Source: Syntrophobacterales bacterium
GTDB lineage: Bacteria; Desulfobacterota; Syntrophobacteria; BM002
Reading direction: 5' to 3'
Length of the DNA: 35,826 nt
Assembly: GCA_050123975.1 (NCBI GenBank)
Contig: JASFGC010000003.1
Coordinates: 1 to 35,826 of the forward strand
The notes beneath the pieces are model-generated. The model was not told the DNA's origin, did not search any database, and was given only the letters and a program-made list of their open reading frames with translations. A program made the translations under genes and the position numbers. Within the stretch, counting starts at the first letter, position 1; each line of letters opens with the position of its first letter. Of the stretch, positions 17,581 through 26,123 are shown in pieces.

Positions 17581-17596
17581 ATCAGATTCTGTGCCA
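17581..17596 (-). promoter_or_regulatory. Possible sigma54 promoter (imperfect -12)
   Basis: TGGCACAGAATCTGAT: perfect -24 box, GA instead of GC at -12. Confidence 0.4.
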
Positions 17597-17686
17597 ATCC
17601 AGCAAATAAGTACTGCTGGAGATAAAATCATGTAATATTATAGCCTTAAGTGTTAAATAATATTCGACTATACAGACAATGCCGGA

Positions 17687-17838
17687 TGTTTCATGAGACA
17701 CTATGAAACACGTGCAGGGATAGGTTTATTCAATGCTAGTTAACTAATTGGAATATAATATATTATAAAAGTGCCAAGGTTGCTAGCATCCATTTGTGTA
17801 TCATGTCTAATAATGAGACACGTATGTCTCATGAGACA
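17687..17838. promoter_or_regulatory. Repeated TGTNTCA/TGAGACA palindromic operator-like sites
   Basis: TGTTTCA-N10-TGAAACA (17687-17710), TGTATCA-N10-TGAGACA (17797-17820) and TGTCTCATGAGACA (17825-17838), in AT-rich DNA. Confidence 0.55.
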
Positions 17839-17861
17839 TGTAACAGTGGTTGACCATCCCA

Positions 17862-18101
17862 TCATTTACCGATTTCAATACTCTCGTCCTCGAACAAATC
17901 TTTTATGCCTGCCTTCGCCAGAGCGGGGTTAAGATAAAGCTTGTATTTCTTTGCCCCTCTGCCGTCAACAAAGGTGTTCTTATAGGTTAACTCGGTCTTT
18001 TTCAGAAGTTTGATGCTGCTGTCCATCAGAATGAAGTGATAGTTCAAAACCCCAAGGGTGAGAGCGGTTAAGATAACAGCCATAATCGCAACTTTCTTCA
18101 T
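17862..18101 (-). CDS. Small hypothetical protein with an N-terminal TM/signal segment
   Basis: MKK followed by a hydrophobic helix and YHFI...LKK.ELT...TFVD. Confidence 0.75.
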   Translation of the reverse strand: MKKVAIMAVILTALTLGVLNYHFILMDSSIKLLKKTELTYKNTFVDGRGAKKYKLYLNPALAKAGIKDLFEDESIEIGK

Positions 18102-18151
18102 AGTTCCAATACCTTAACTCTCATTGTTGGCCAAGAATTGCCCCCTAGCCT

Positions 18152-19540
18152 TTAACCCTCACTGGAAGACGGGTCCACCTTTTGTGATGATTGCGATACC
18201 AGGGTAATCGGAGACGGCTTTGATAATGCCAGGTCTTTCAGGGTGCTGCCCCGAAGTGCCCGTGTCATGGCTTGATCGAGATGATCAACGAGCTGGTCAA
18301 CGGCAATCTCCGCCGATTCGCTATGAGGCTTGAGAACAACCATCTCATCAGCCCCACGAACAGCATCCAAAACGTCTTTGAGCTCTGTAGTATCCAGGGG
18401 GCGGGCGGGCAGATAGGTTGGCGGCTCGTCCGCAGTCAGGGTCAATAGACCGTACCCTTCCAAGGCCTTCATGGTGGGCTCCAAAGCTTCCATGGGTACA
18501 TTAAAAGTTTCTACGAATTCTTCCAAAGTCAGTGCGGGGAGGTTGTCGTAGTAACGGCTCCCTATCAAGAACATAACCAGTAGGGCTAACTTCTCTTGCA
18601 TGCGGTTACTGAGCTGTAGCTCGCGCCGATGAACAGTCACGGCCTCAGGATGCTGGTGGTAGTAGGCGACGCTGGCTCCTACAAGAACGATAAGCCAGCT
18701 CAAATAGAGCCAGATCATGAACATGATAAGAATGGCGAAGCCGGAGTAGATTGCAGTGTACTTGGCGGACTTGACCACAAAGGAGGCAAACGCCCAGCCG
18801 CTGGCTTCCCACAGAACGCCCGCCACCAGTCCGCCAGTGAGGGCAGAGCGAAACCGCACCCTCGTATTGGGCACAAAGATGTAGACAAAGGTAAAGGCTG
18901 CAATGACCAGAAGATAAGGAACCAGTTTAGTCGCCAGTGCCATGAGACTGCCAAAAACCTGTATGGCCACCATCTTCTGAACTACCGCTGTACTCATTAC
19001 CGAGGCCGTGATGCCGAGTGCGGTAAACACCAGTACAGGGCCAATGAGGATAACGCTCAGATAATCGCTGAATTTTTGTGACAGGGGGCGACTCCGACTC
19101 ACGTGCCAGGTGTCGTTACAGGCTTGTTCGATCTTCTGGATCAAAGAGATAACAGTATAAATAAGAAGTGCAAGACCTACTGAGCCAAGGATCCCCGCTT
19201 TGATACTATCCACAAATCCGATTATGCGGGAAGTCACCTCGACCCCTCTCTCACCCAATGGCTTGAGAAAGTTAAGCAGAAGAGGCTCTATCTGATTGTG
19301 TACCCCGAATCCTTTCAGAACGGAGAAGCTGACTGCAAGCAGTGGCACCATGGCTAGTAACGTTGTGTAGACCAGACTCATGGCTCTCAGGCTGAGTTGC
19401 CCTTCAAGCAGATCACGGATGATCACGTACAACACCCGAAGCACCCTGATGAGCAAACCCTTCCACCGGGGCAGAGAGGACAACTCCACCTCCCACACAT
19501 TTTTTCTTAAGACCGTCTCCACTCTATTTAGGTTCATCAT
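18152..19540 (-). CDS. YihY/virulence factor BrkB family membrane protein with a C-terminal Rrf2-like wHTH
   Basis: A.SL.YTTLLA.VPLLA, IE...N..W, Y..VPNT.V and Y.AIY..FA....F..WLY.SW...L.GA motifs. Confidence 0.92.
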   Translation of the reverse strand: MMNLNRVETVLRKNVWEVELSSLPRWKGLLIRVLRVLYVIIRDLLEGQLSLRAMSLVYTTLLAMVPLLAVSFSVLKGFGVHNQIEPLLLNFLKPLGERGVEVTSRIIGFVDSIKAGILGSVGLALLIYTVISLIQKIEQACNDTWHVSRSRPLSQKFSDYLSVILIGPVLVFTALGITASVMSTAVVQKMVAIQVFGSLMALATKLVPYLLVIAAFTFVYIFVPNTRVRFRSALTGGLVAGVLWEASGWAFASFVVKSAKYTAIYSGFAILIMFMIWLYLSWLIVLVGASVAYYHQHPEAVTVHRRELQLSNRMQEKLALLVMFLIGSRYYDNLPALTLEEFVETFNVPMEALEPTMKALEGYGLLTLTADEPPTYLPARPLDTTELKDVLDAVRGADEMVVLKPHSESAEIAVDQLVDHLDQAMTRALRGSTLKDLALSKPSPITLVSQSSQKVDPSSSEG

Positions 19541-19579
19541 GGCAACGAAACAACACTCCCGACCAACAAGTATTTGCTA

Positions 19580-19608
19580 ATAATGACCACTGAAGCGGAA
19601 ATTGTCAA
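19580..19608 (-). promoter_or_regulatory. Possible sigma70 promoter for the YihY gene
   Basis: TTGACA-17 nt-CATTAT, 40 nt upstream of the start. Confidence 0.4.
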
Positions 19609-19786
19609 CAAAGCAGTGTTTCTGCCTACCATGACCACTTGTCCTGGGTTTTCAGGCAGCTTGGTGTTTGAAATTCAGCAGCACCTCGACCAGTTGCAGC
19701 TGGCAGCTCATCCTATCAAACCGATATAGCCTTAATATCACTTATGTTTTAAAGCCTATTCAAAGCTTGCCCTTCCATTTTCCAGT

Positions 19787-19802
19787 TGGCACCTTTATTG
19801 CG
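19787..19802 (+). promoter_or_regulatory. Sigma54 -24/-12 promoter
   Basis: TGGCACCTTTATTGCG matches TGGCAC-N5-TTGC. Confidence 0.8.
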
Positions 19803-19875
19803 AGGATGTGTATGAATCACCGGGGCGAAAACCAAGCAACCAGAAAACAACTTAATTGGCGGAGATGATAGAGCC

Positions 19876-21249
19876 GTGAAACAAGCAACCCTGACTGGGT
19901 CCAACCGCAATCATTCATGGGCCAGAGCTTTGTCGGGAAGGACGGGCAGTATCTGGTGGTGGACTCTCATTTCTCTCATTACCTTTTCCTGGTTAGTTAC
20001 TGCTCCAACTCACCTCTCTGCTGCCCAGAAATATTATTACATCCATGTGGGTTCATTCAGGGCCAAGGAAAACGCTACCAAGATCGCTCGAGATCTGCAG
20101 AAGAAAGGATACCCTTCGGTGGTTAGCGGCGAACGAGTGCAGAACAAGGGATACTGGTATCGAATCTATGTCGGTCCGATTTCATCCTTGTCAATCGCCA
20201 AACTACAAAGTTCGGAATTGAAGAAAAAGGGGCTCACCAAGTACACCGCGATTTACAAAAAATCTCTTATCCAAGACGACTCAAGGAAAACGGTAAGGAC
20301 CGCAAAGAAGGCGGCGCCGATGGCCACCGCTACCGTAGGCATAAAGCGCAGCCAACCTAGGAAAACAGCACCATCGGTTGCCAAAAAGCCTCCCACGGTA
20401 AAATCTACACAGCAGCGAGCGGAGGCTGCGAAAAAGGCTTCCCCCACTGTTTCCCTTAAAGAAGAGCGCCCGCCCAAAGCCGATGCCAAGATCAGCAGAG
20501 AACCCTCAGAGAAGGTATCTGATTTTCAGCGTCGAGGATATGGCCGCAACATTTCCGCCGGTAAACTTTCTCTTTCCTTGCGGCACACCTACCGTGAAGT
20601 CAATACTGAATTGACCGACCGCACCCGGATCGAATCTGACGGTGTAACCACTACAAAACAGAATGTTCCTGTTTCGAGTAGCGAGAAAAATGACTTCGAT
20701 ACCGATATGAACCTTTCCATGTTACGTGTCGGCTTGGGACTTACAGACTTCTTGGAGGTCTATGGGGAGATAGGAGCGTGCTATGACGATTTTGAAGACT
20801 TTAATCTGGCTTATGGGGGCGGAGCACGGCTGAATCTCTTCGAGGTAAAGACTGGCACCTTAAGAGGACTCTACACTGCACTGGCAGCAGATTACCATAA
20901 AGGCAAGCTTGAGACTGAATACCAGTCCATTGAGGGCAACAAATTTTCCAAAGACGCCGACTGGTGGGACTTTACTGGTAAAGGAGAGATCGGCTTTACC
21001 CGGAATCGGTTTGCTATTTATCTGGGGGGAACATATTTCATCTATGATGAAGATACCGATCGGAAACAATTGGAAAATATTCCGGCGCCCCTCACTTCGG
21101 TCAAGTTTGAAGATGACCTCGAAGAGGAAAATAACTTCGGTGCTTATGGTGGCCTCAGCCTTTCCCTGACTCCTGGCTTATTAGTAAACCTGGAGGGTCA
21201 GTTATACACTCAGAGTAGCATCACAGGCGCAATCGAATATCGTTTCTAG
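19876..21249 (+). CDS. SPOR-domain protein with a Lys/Ala/Pro linker and C-terminal outer-membrane beta-barrel-like domain
   Basis: YYIHVGSFR...NA.....L.KKGY...WYRIYVGP (SPOR), alternating strand pattern in the C-half and terminal IEYRF. Confidence 0.82.
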   Translation: MKQATLTGSNRNHSWARALSGRTGSIWWWTLISLITFSWLVTAPTHLSAAQKYYYIHVGSFRAKENATKIARDLQKKGYPSVVSGERVQNKGYWYRIYVGPISSLSIAKLQSSELKKKGLTKYTAIYKKSLIQDDSRKTVRTAKKAAPMATATVGIKRSQPRKTAPSVAKKPPTVKSTQQRAEAAKKASPTVSLKEERPPKADAKISREPSEKVSDFQRRGYGRNISAGKLSLSLRHTYREVNTELTDRTRIESDGVTTTKQNVPVSSSEKNDFDTDMNLSMLRVGLGLTDFLEVYGEIGACYDDFEDFNLAYGGGARLNLFEVKTGTLRGLYTALAADYHKGKLETEYQSIEGNKFSKDADWWDFTGKGEIGFTRNRFAIYLGGTYFIYDEDTDRKQLENIPAPLTSVKFEDDLEEENNFGAYGGLSLSLTPGLLVNLEGQLYTQSSITGAIEYRF

Positions 21250-21266
21250 CTGCAGGGATTATCAGC

Positions 21267-22139
21267 TCAAATTGGATTACTGTGGTTGAGCTCAAAACTA
21301 CTACCCTTCTGGAGATCAGCCGGAAAGACAAACTGTTCGAACTCAGGAGACCCGATTCCGTCCATCTCTATTTGTATTGTATAACCTTGTTCAGGAACCA
21401 GCCAGAAGATTGTAAAAACAGGATTGTCCCGATCTACCACAACCTTTGTATATTCTTCATCATTTGCACTCCAATCACCGCTTAGGTCTTTATCCACGAA
21501 TAGTGAAACAATTGCTTCTCTGGAGTCGTATTCTGCAAAAGTTTCGGCAGAAATTTCTCCCCCTATGGTCGCCGCCGTCACAGTTTGATTGATGTGGAGG
21601 ACAGGGTTCAGTTGGTAAGAAGATGCCGCCGGTGTATTGAATAGTTTTAAGGACTGGCTGAGGTCAAAATCGATGGTAATATCCATGGTTCTGCCATCTT
21701 CCAGATCAAAGAAAAAAGCTGTTTCAATCACAAGGTTTTCGGAGGGAATGGCAACCGAGTAGAAACTTCCATCCCTCAGCACAGCTGCACTGCTCATTGA
21801 TACTCTTATCCCGTCGTATGCCCCAGGCTCAAGTCGGACGGGCCAAACCAGCTCTGTAGTTTTGCCCGAGTGGAATTCGAGCAAGTCTATGGCAAATGGT
21901 GTCTGCACAAGCGGGAGAAAAATCCACTCCCCTTCCTCTTGGTGGACAGATAACTCTTCGAATGTTACGAAAACTGCTTCAGTCTCAGAAGGTAGTGCGG
22001 GCTTTGCGTCTGTAATCCGGACGAATAGAACACTAGAGCCGCCGTTGAAGGCGACAAAATATGAGACCTTGCAACCGATGAAAAACATCACGGCTAGTAC
22101 GGTTAGTATTGAGTAGCTGGCTCTTTTTCTCACGCTCAT
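21267..22139 (-). CDS. DUF4382-domain putative lipoprotein
   Basis: FFIGC lipobox-like site; V.ITDA.P...AVFVTF..LSVH, IDLL.F, G.Y..IR and ITIDFDL.QS motifs. Confidence 0.8.
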   Translation of the reverse strand: MSVRKRASYSILTVLAVMFFIGCKVSYFVAFNGGSSVLFVRITDAKPALPSETEAVFVTFEELSVHQEEGEWIFLPLVQTPFAIDLLEFHSGKTTELVWPVRLEPGAYDGIRVSMSSAAVLRDGSFYSVAIPSENLVIETAFFFDLEDGRTMDITIDFDLSQSLKLFNTPAASSYQLNPVLHINQTVTAATIGGEISAETFAEYDSREAIVSLFVDKDLSGDWSANDEEYTKVVVDRDNPVFTIFWLVPEQGYTIQIEMDGIGSPEFEQFVFPADLQKGSSFELNHSNPI

Positions 22140-22440
22140 CCTATCACATCAGCAAGTTCCACTAGATTCTACGTACTGTTGAGGTCATGACCGGGACCTA
22201 ATCTCCCTTGTCCTTCAGCCACAACCCTTCTCCACCACGTCTAGTTTCCTTCTTGGTTCTTTGATAAACTATCATGGTCATTTCATGACAGCAAAAGGAA
22301 ACTCCACATCGGTACGCAACCTTAGCATAGAGTAGTGGAGTGGGCCAAAGGACCACGAAATACCTCAAGCACGGATGACCACAGGCAATATCGATTGATC
22401 AACTCGCTTACTGCTTAGGTCTTCATTACGAGATTTATTG

Positions 22441-23067
22441 ATGCGAAAAACCTTCTTGCTCTGTGTGCTCATAGTTTTGAGTACACCCTCCATCAGCCAT
22501 GGCGAGCAACCAATAGATGTTCTAGAAAAAAGCATCAACACGGGTATCGCCATATTGGAGGATCCTCAGTACCAGGACATTACCGAGAAAGACAGGCAGC
22601 AGGAAACCCTTTGCGAGGCTGCTTGGGAAGCCTTCGATTTCAAAGAATTCTCCAAGCGAGTTCTGGGTTCAAACTGGCTTAGCTTCACTTCAAGTCAGAG
22701 GAGACAATTCATAGACGCTTTCTCCGAATTTCTCTGCAAATACTATATTACCAGACTGCAGGAGAGATATACCGATGAAAAAGTCATTTATTTGAGTCAA
22801 CATCCGCTGGCCAACTCCAGAGCTCTCGTTAAAGTCAATGTCATTTGGAAGGGGGTGGAAGTACCGGTGGAAGTGCGTATGCTGAAGCGCAATGACACCT
22901 GGAAAGTCTACGACATAATTGTACTGGGAGTAAGCGGTGTAAGGAATTATCGCGCTCAGTTCCAAACAATCCTGCTCGAGCAATCGCCCGCACAGGTAAT
23001 CGGACTCATAGAAAATAGGATAAAACAAGAAGAAAAGAGGGCTCAGAACAAAAGGAGGGCAAATTAA
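22441..23067 (+). CDS. MlaC/Ttg2D phospholipid-binding periplasmic protein
   Basis: FDF....KRVLG.NW...T..QR..F...F and WKVYDI...GVS.V.NYR.QF motifs. Confidence 0.88.
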   Translation: MRKTFLLCVLIVLSTPSISHGEQPIDVLEKSINTGIAILEDPQYQDITEKDRQQETLCEAAWEAFDFKEFSKRVLGSNWLSFTSSQRRQFIDAFSEFLCKYYITRLQERYTDEKVIYLSQHPLANSRALVKVNVIWKGVEVPVEVRMLKRNDTWKVYDIIVLGVSGVRNYRAQFQTILLEQSPAQVIGLIENRIKQEEKRAQNKRRAN

Positions 23068-23879
23068 GAAGATTTCTGCTTGGCCTGTAGTTCCCTGAGT
23101 CGCTCCCGGTAGTACTCATCTAAGACGCCTTTGACCTCTGGCGATCTTCGCACCACCTCTTTCATGCTTTCGTAGCTGAGTTCGCATAAGAGAGTGTCTT
23201 TCACCGCTTGTACGGTTGCGAACCTCGGCGCCGCGGTCAAGAAGGAAATCTCGCCAAAAAACTGGTTTTCCGCCAAATAGGAGACATGAACTTTTTCACC
23301 CTGATCATCCTGCGTCAATACCTGGACCTTGCCCTCGAGCACAATATACATCGACCTGCCGTACTCTCCCTCTCGGACAATATCTTTTCCCTGTTTGACG
23401 AGAAGCAGCTTTGCCTCCTGAGCCAACCCCGCAAGTTCTTCATCCGGAAAATTGGCAAGAAAGGGAACCTCAGACATAGCTTCCATGAGTCTTCGAGATC
23501 TCCCGGCCAACTCAGCAGATCCCCCTTGTGAGAGATCGGCGCCACCGAGTTCCTGAGTTTCAGCTCCAACGTCTATGCGATCTTCCTCATTTTCCTGCAA
23601 GAAACGCAGTGCTATATCTCCAATCCAGATTAGATCCCCGCTGGTAAGAACGGCTTTGTTGACCTGCTCACCGTTTACATACGTACCGTTTCTGCTCTCC
23701 ATGTCTTCTACCACAGCCTGGCCATTCTCCATATAGATCAAGGTGTGGCTTCTGGAAACGGTGGAATGTGACAAGCGAATGTCATTCTCCTCTCCCCTGC
23801 CAATGGTCAATCGAGTCTCCAGAGGAAACACCATTCCTTTTGTGACCCCCTCCTCAGCAATGAGGTACGATTGGACCAT
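23064..23879 (-). CDS. FHA domain plus cyclic-nucleotide-binding domain protein
   Basis: IGR....DI.L....VSR.H...DM.S.NGT.VNG (FHA) and FFGEISFL...PR.ATV.A (cNMP). Confidence 0.92.
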   Translation of the reverse strand: MVQSYLIAEEGVTKGMVFPLETRLTIGRGEENDIRLSHSTVSRSHTLIYMENGQAVVEDMESRNGTYVNGEQVNKAVLTSGDLIWIGDIALRFLQENEEDRIDVGAETQELGGADLSQGGSAELAGRSRRLMEAMSEVPFLANFPDEELAGLAQEAKLLLVKQGKDIVREGEYGRSMYIVLEGKVQVLTQDDQGEKVHVSYLAENQFFGEISFLTAAPRFATVQAVKDTLLCELSYESMKEVVRRSPEVKGVLDEYYRERLRELQAKQKSS

Positions 23880-23999
23880 GTTTGCCAGATCTCCGCCTTT
23901 GTCAAACCGTTTTAGTCAGTACTGCGACGGGTTTATCTCGAGTACTAGTGCGATGTACAGGCCTTTTAGCTCCACAGAAGGCTTGAAATTGGGATTGGC

Positions 24000-24611
24000 T
24001 TAAACAGAGGCATAGACGCCTCGACGTACACGCTTTATTTTGCCTTCTTTACTCGCCCTGTAGAGGATGTTTCTGATGCTGCTGTCAGGGAGGCCTGTCA
24101 TCTTTTTTAATGTGGGTATGTCTATGCCTTTTTTGTGACTCTTTATTACCTTCATAACCACGACCGTGGGTGACTGCTTCCGGACCCTACTGACTGCCGG
24201 TTTCTTGGCGGGGGCTTTCTTTTTCGGCGCAGCCGTGGCCTTGGTTACCGCCATATTGATCTTCTTCACATCTGCCATCAGATCCCCGAACTTACCAAGC
24301 AGGTTCTTTATCGCCTTTTTGCGCTCGGCAACTGCTGGTTGCCGTCTCTGCCGAAAATAGTGCAGGGTACGCGTGGCTGCATGAAGAAACTGCATGGAGG
24401 CCGGTGAGGCCGATCCCTTTCTTACTCTCAAATAGTCACAGATTGGCAGGGACAGCTCGATCAACTTCTTGCTATAGGGGTCCTTTGCGAGCTTCGCTTG
24501 CAGTCCCTCGAGCTCCTCCTCAAACTTGCTTATGGTTTGAGGACTGATTTCCCAATCCAGGGTCAAGAGGCTCGCTTTTAAAGGGTCCAACACATCAACC
24601 TTTTGCTTCAT
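24000..24611 (-). CDS. Basic hypothetical protein with a C-terminal winged-helix-like DNA-binding domain
   Basis: AAGGAGA RBS before ATG 24611; PKKKAPAKKP linker; VMKVIK..KKGI....LK..TGL....IRNILYR..KEGKIKRV.RGVY. Confidence 0.78.
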   Translation of the reverse strand: MKQKVDVLDPLKASLLTLDWEISPQTISKFEEELEGLQAKLAKDPYSKKLIELSLPICDYLRVRKGSASPASMQFLHAATRTLHYFRQRRQPAVAERKKAIKNLLGKFGDLMADVKKINMAVTKATAAPKKKAPAKKPAVSRVRKQSPTVVVMKVIKSHKKGIDIPTLKKMTGLPDSSIRNILYRASKEGKIKRVRRGVYASV

Positions 24612-24650
24612 GGTTTTCTCCTTATGCGCGAAACAGATGCTACTCAAAGG

Positions 24651-24666
24651 AGCACATATCGTGCCA
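24651..24666 (-). promoter_or_regulatory. Sigma54 -24/-12 promoter
   Basis: Minus strand TGGCACGATATGTGCT (GG-N10-GC), 40 nt upstream of ATG 24611. Confidence 0.78.
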
Positions 24667-24740
24667 ATTCTTCCTATAGGTTGAAACTTTTAAATCCTAG
24701 TCCGGATATTTGAAGCTCCCTGCAGTCCGCCTTTGGCGGA

Positions 24741-25724
24741 CTACGGGGAATGCGCTCGCTGGAGCATTTTCAAGAATGATACTACGCGTGATTCAAACCA
24801 GTATTCTTCTTTCTGATTGAAGGAGATAAATCCCACGTGCCCTCCGGAGTCCGGCATCTCAAGAAAAAAGTTGGGGTTTGCCTCCGCCTCCTTAATGGGG
24901 TAGCAGGATTCGGCAAGGAACGGATCATTTTGGGCATTCACCAGAAGGGATGGGAGAACTATATTTTCCAGGAACTGTTTGCAGCTTGCCCGACTGTAGT
25001 AGTCGCCTGCGTCTCGAAATCCGTTGATCGGTGCAGTGTAGCGGTCGTCAAATTCCTCGAATGTCTTGATCTGGTGGTAGCCCTGGTCGTTAATCCTGTC
25101 CGGCATGATGCGCATCTTTGCCTTTATTTTTTCATGGAGCATTCGAGTGAACCGCTTCATGTAAAACTTATTTGAAAACCTTGCCATCTTCTCAGCACCT
25201 GAGGCTAGATCGCACGGGACTGAACAGGCCGCGGCCCCGATAATTGTGGGATTCACTTTTTCTCCACGCTCTCCCAGGTACTTAAGGGTCATGTTGCCAC
25301 CCAAGCTGAAGCCGACAAGGGCAATGGAACTGTATCCTTTGCCAGCGATCACGTGTTGAATGACAGCGTCGAGATCCTCGGATGCCCCACTGTGGTAAGA
25401 ACGAAGCTTCCTGTTTGGCTCACCACTGCAGCCTCTCATATTCCAAGCCAGTCCATCCCAACCATTGCGGTTCACTGCCCTGACCATTCCCAAGATATAC
25501 CACCGTTCCGAATTGCCTTCTAAGCCGTGAGTAATGATTGCCAGTCTTTTTGCCCCCACCTTGGACCAATCGAGATCCAAGAAATCGTTGTCCGGTGTCC
25601 AGATTCGCTCCCTTGCATAGTGAACCCCTTTCACCTTGCGAAAGAGAGTGGGAAACAACGATTGGATATGGCCATTGCTAAAACCAAAAGGAGGAACATA
25701 GCTTGACCGAGATATAACCGGCAT
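24741..25724 (-). CDS. Alpha/beta-fold hydrolase, YheT family
   Basis: NGHIQ, HGLEG, RGCSGEPN, nucleophile GFSLGG, NA.NDPF and GGHVGF. Confidence 0.93.
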   Translation of the reverse strand: MPVISRSSYVPPFGFSNGHIQSLFPTLFRKVKGVHYARERIWTPDNDFLDLDWSKVGAKRLAIITHGLEGNSERWYILGMVRAVNRNGWDGLAWNMRGCSGEPNRKLRSYHSGASEDLDAVIQHVIAGKGYSSIALVGFSLGGNMTLKYLGERGEKVNPTIIGAAACSVPCDLASGAEKMARFSNKFYMKRFTRMLHEKIKAKMRIMPDRINDQGYHQIKTFEEFDDRYTAPINGFRDAGDYYSRASCKQFLENIVLPSLLVNAQNDPFLAESCYPIKEAEANPNFFLEMPDSGGHVGFISFNQKEEYWFESRVVSFLKMLQRAHSP

Positions 25725-25748
25725 TTAGCAACCCTCAATGGATTTCTC

Positions 25749-26123
25749 ACCGCAGAGTACGCAGAGTACGCAGAGAAAATCCTTTTGTCAGAATAGAGCT
25801 TTTGTCCGCTAAGGACGTGAATCAGCGCAAAGAAATGTTCGGAGCGCGAATAAGAGGATCGTTTAAAAGGTCCCGCATAGCGGGGAATCCCGATGTTCTC
25901 CATCGGGATCTAGGGGGAGTCCTTTGGAGATGAAGACAAGCAAACTTGTCTTCATCTCCAAAGGCTCCCTGTCAACCTTTTAAACGATCATTGGATGATA
26001 CTCGCCTCTTTGGGATTGAGTCAACTTCAGCTTCGTGCTCCTTCGCGCTCTTCGTGGATAAATGCCTTTACCAGTGCCCCATTGAAGGTCTAAAGTCTCT
26101 GCGATCTCAGCGCTCTCTGCGGT
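25749..26123. mobile_element. About 375-bp nested palindromic element bounded by inverted 9-mer arrays
   Basis: accgcagagtacgcagagtacgcagag ... ctctgcgatctcagcgctctctgcggt; inner perfect IRs at 25857-25871/25975-25989 and 25921-25940/25945-25964. Confidence 0.7.

Noticed and set aside
17761-17776. Second TGGCAC box on the minus strand
   Set aside because: TGGCACTTTTATAATA has no -12 GC-like element.
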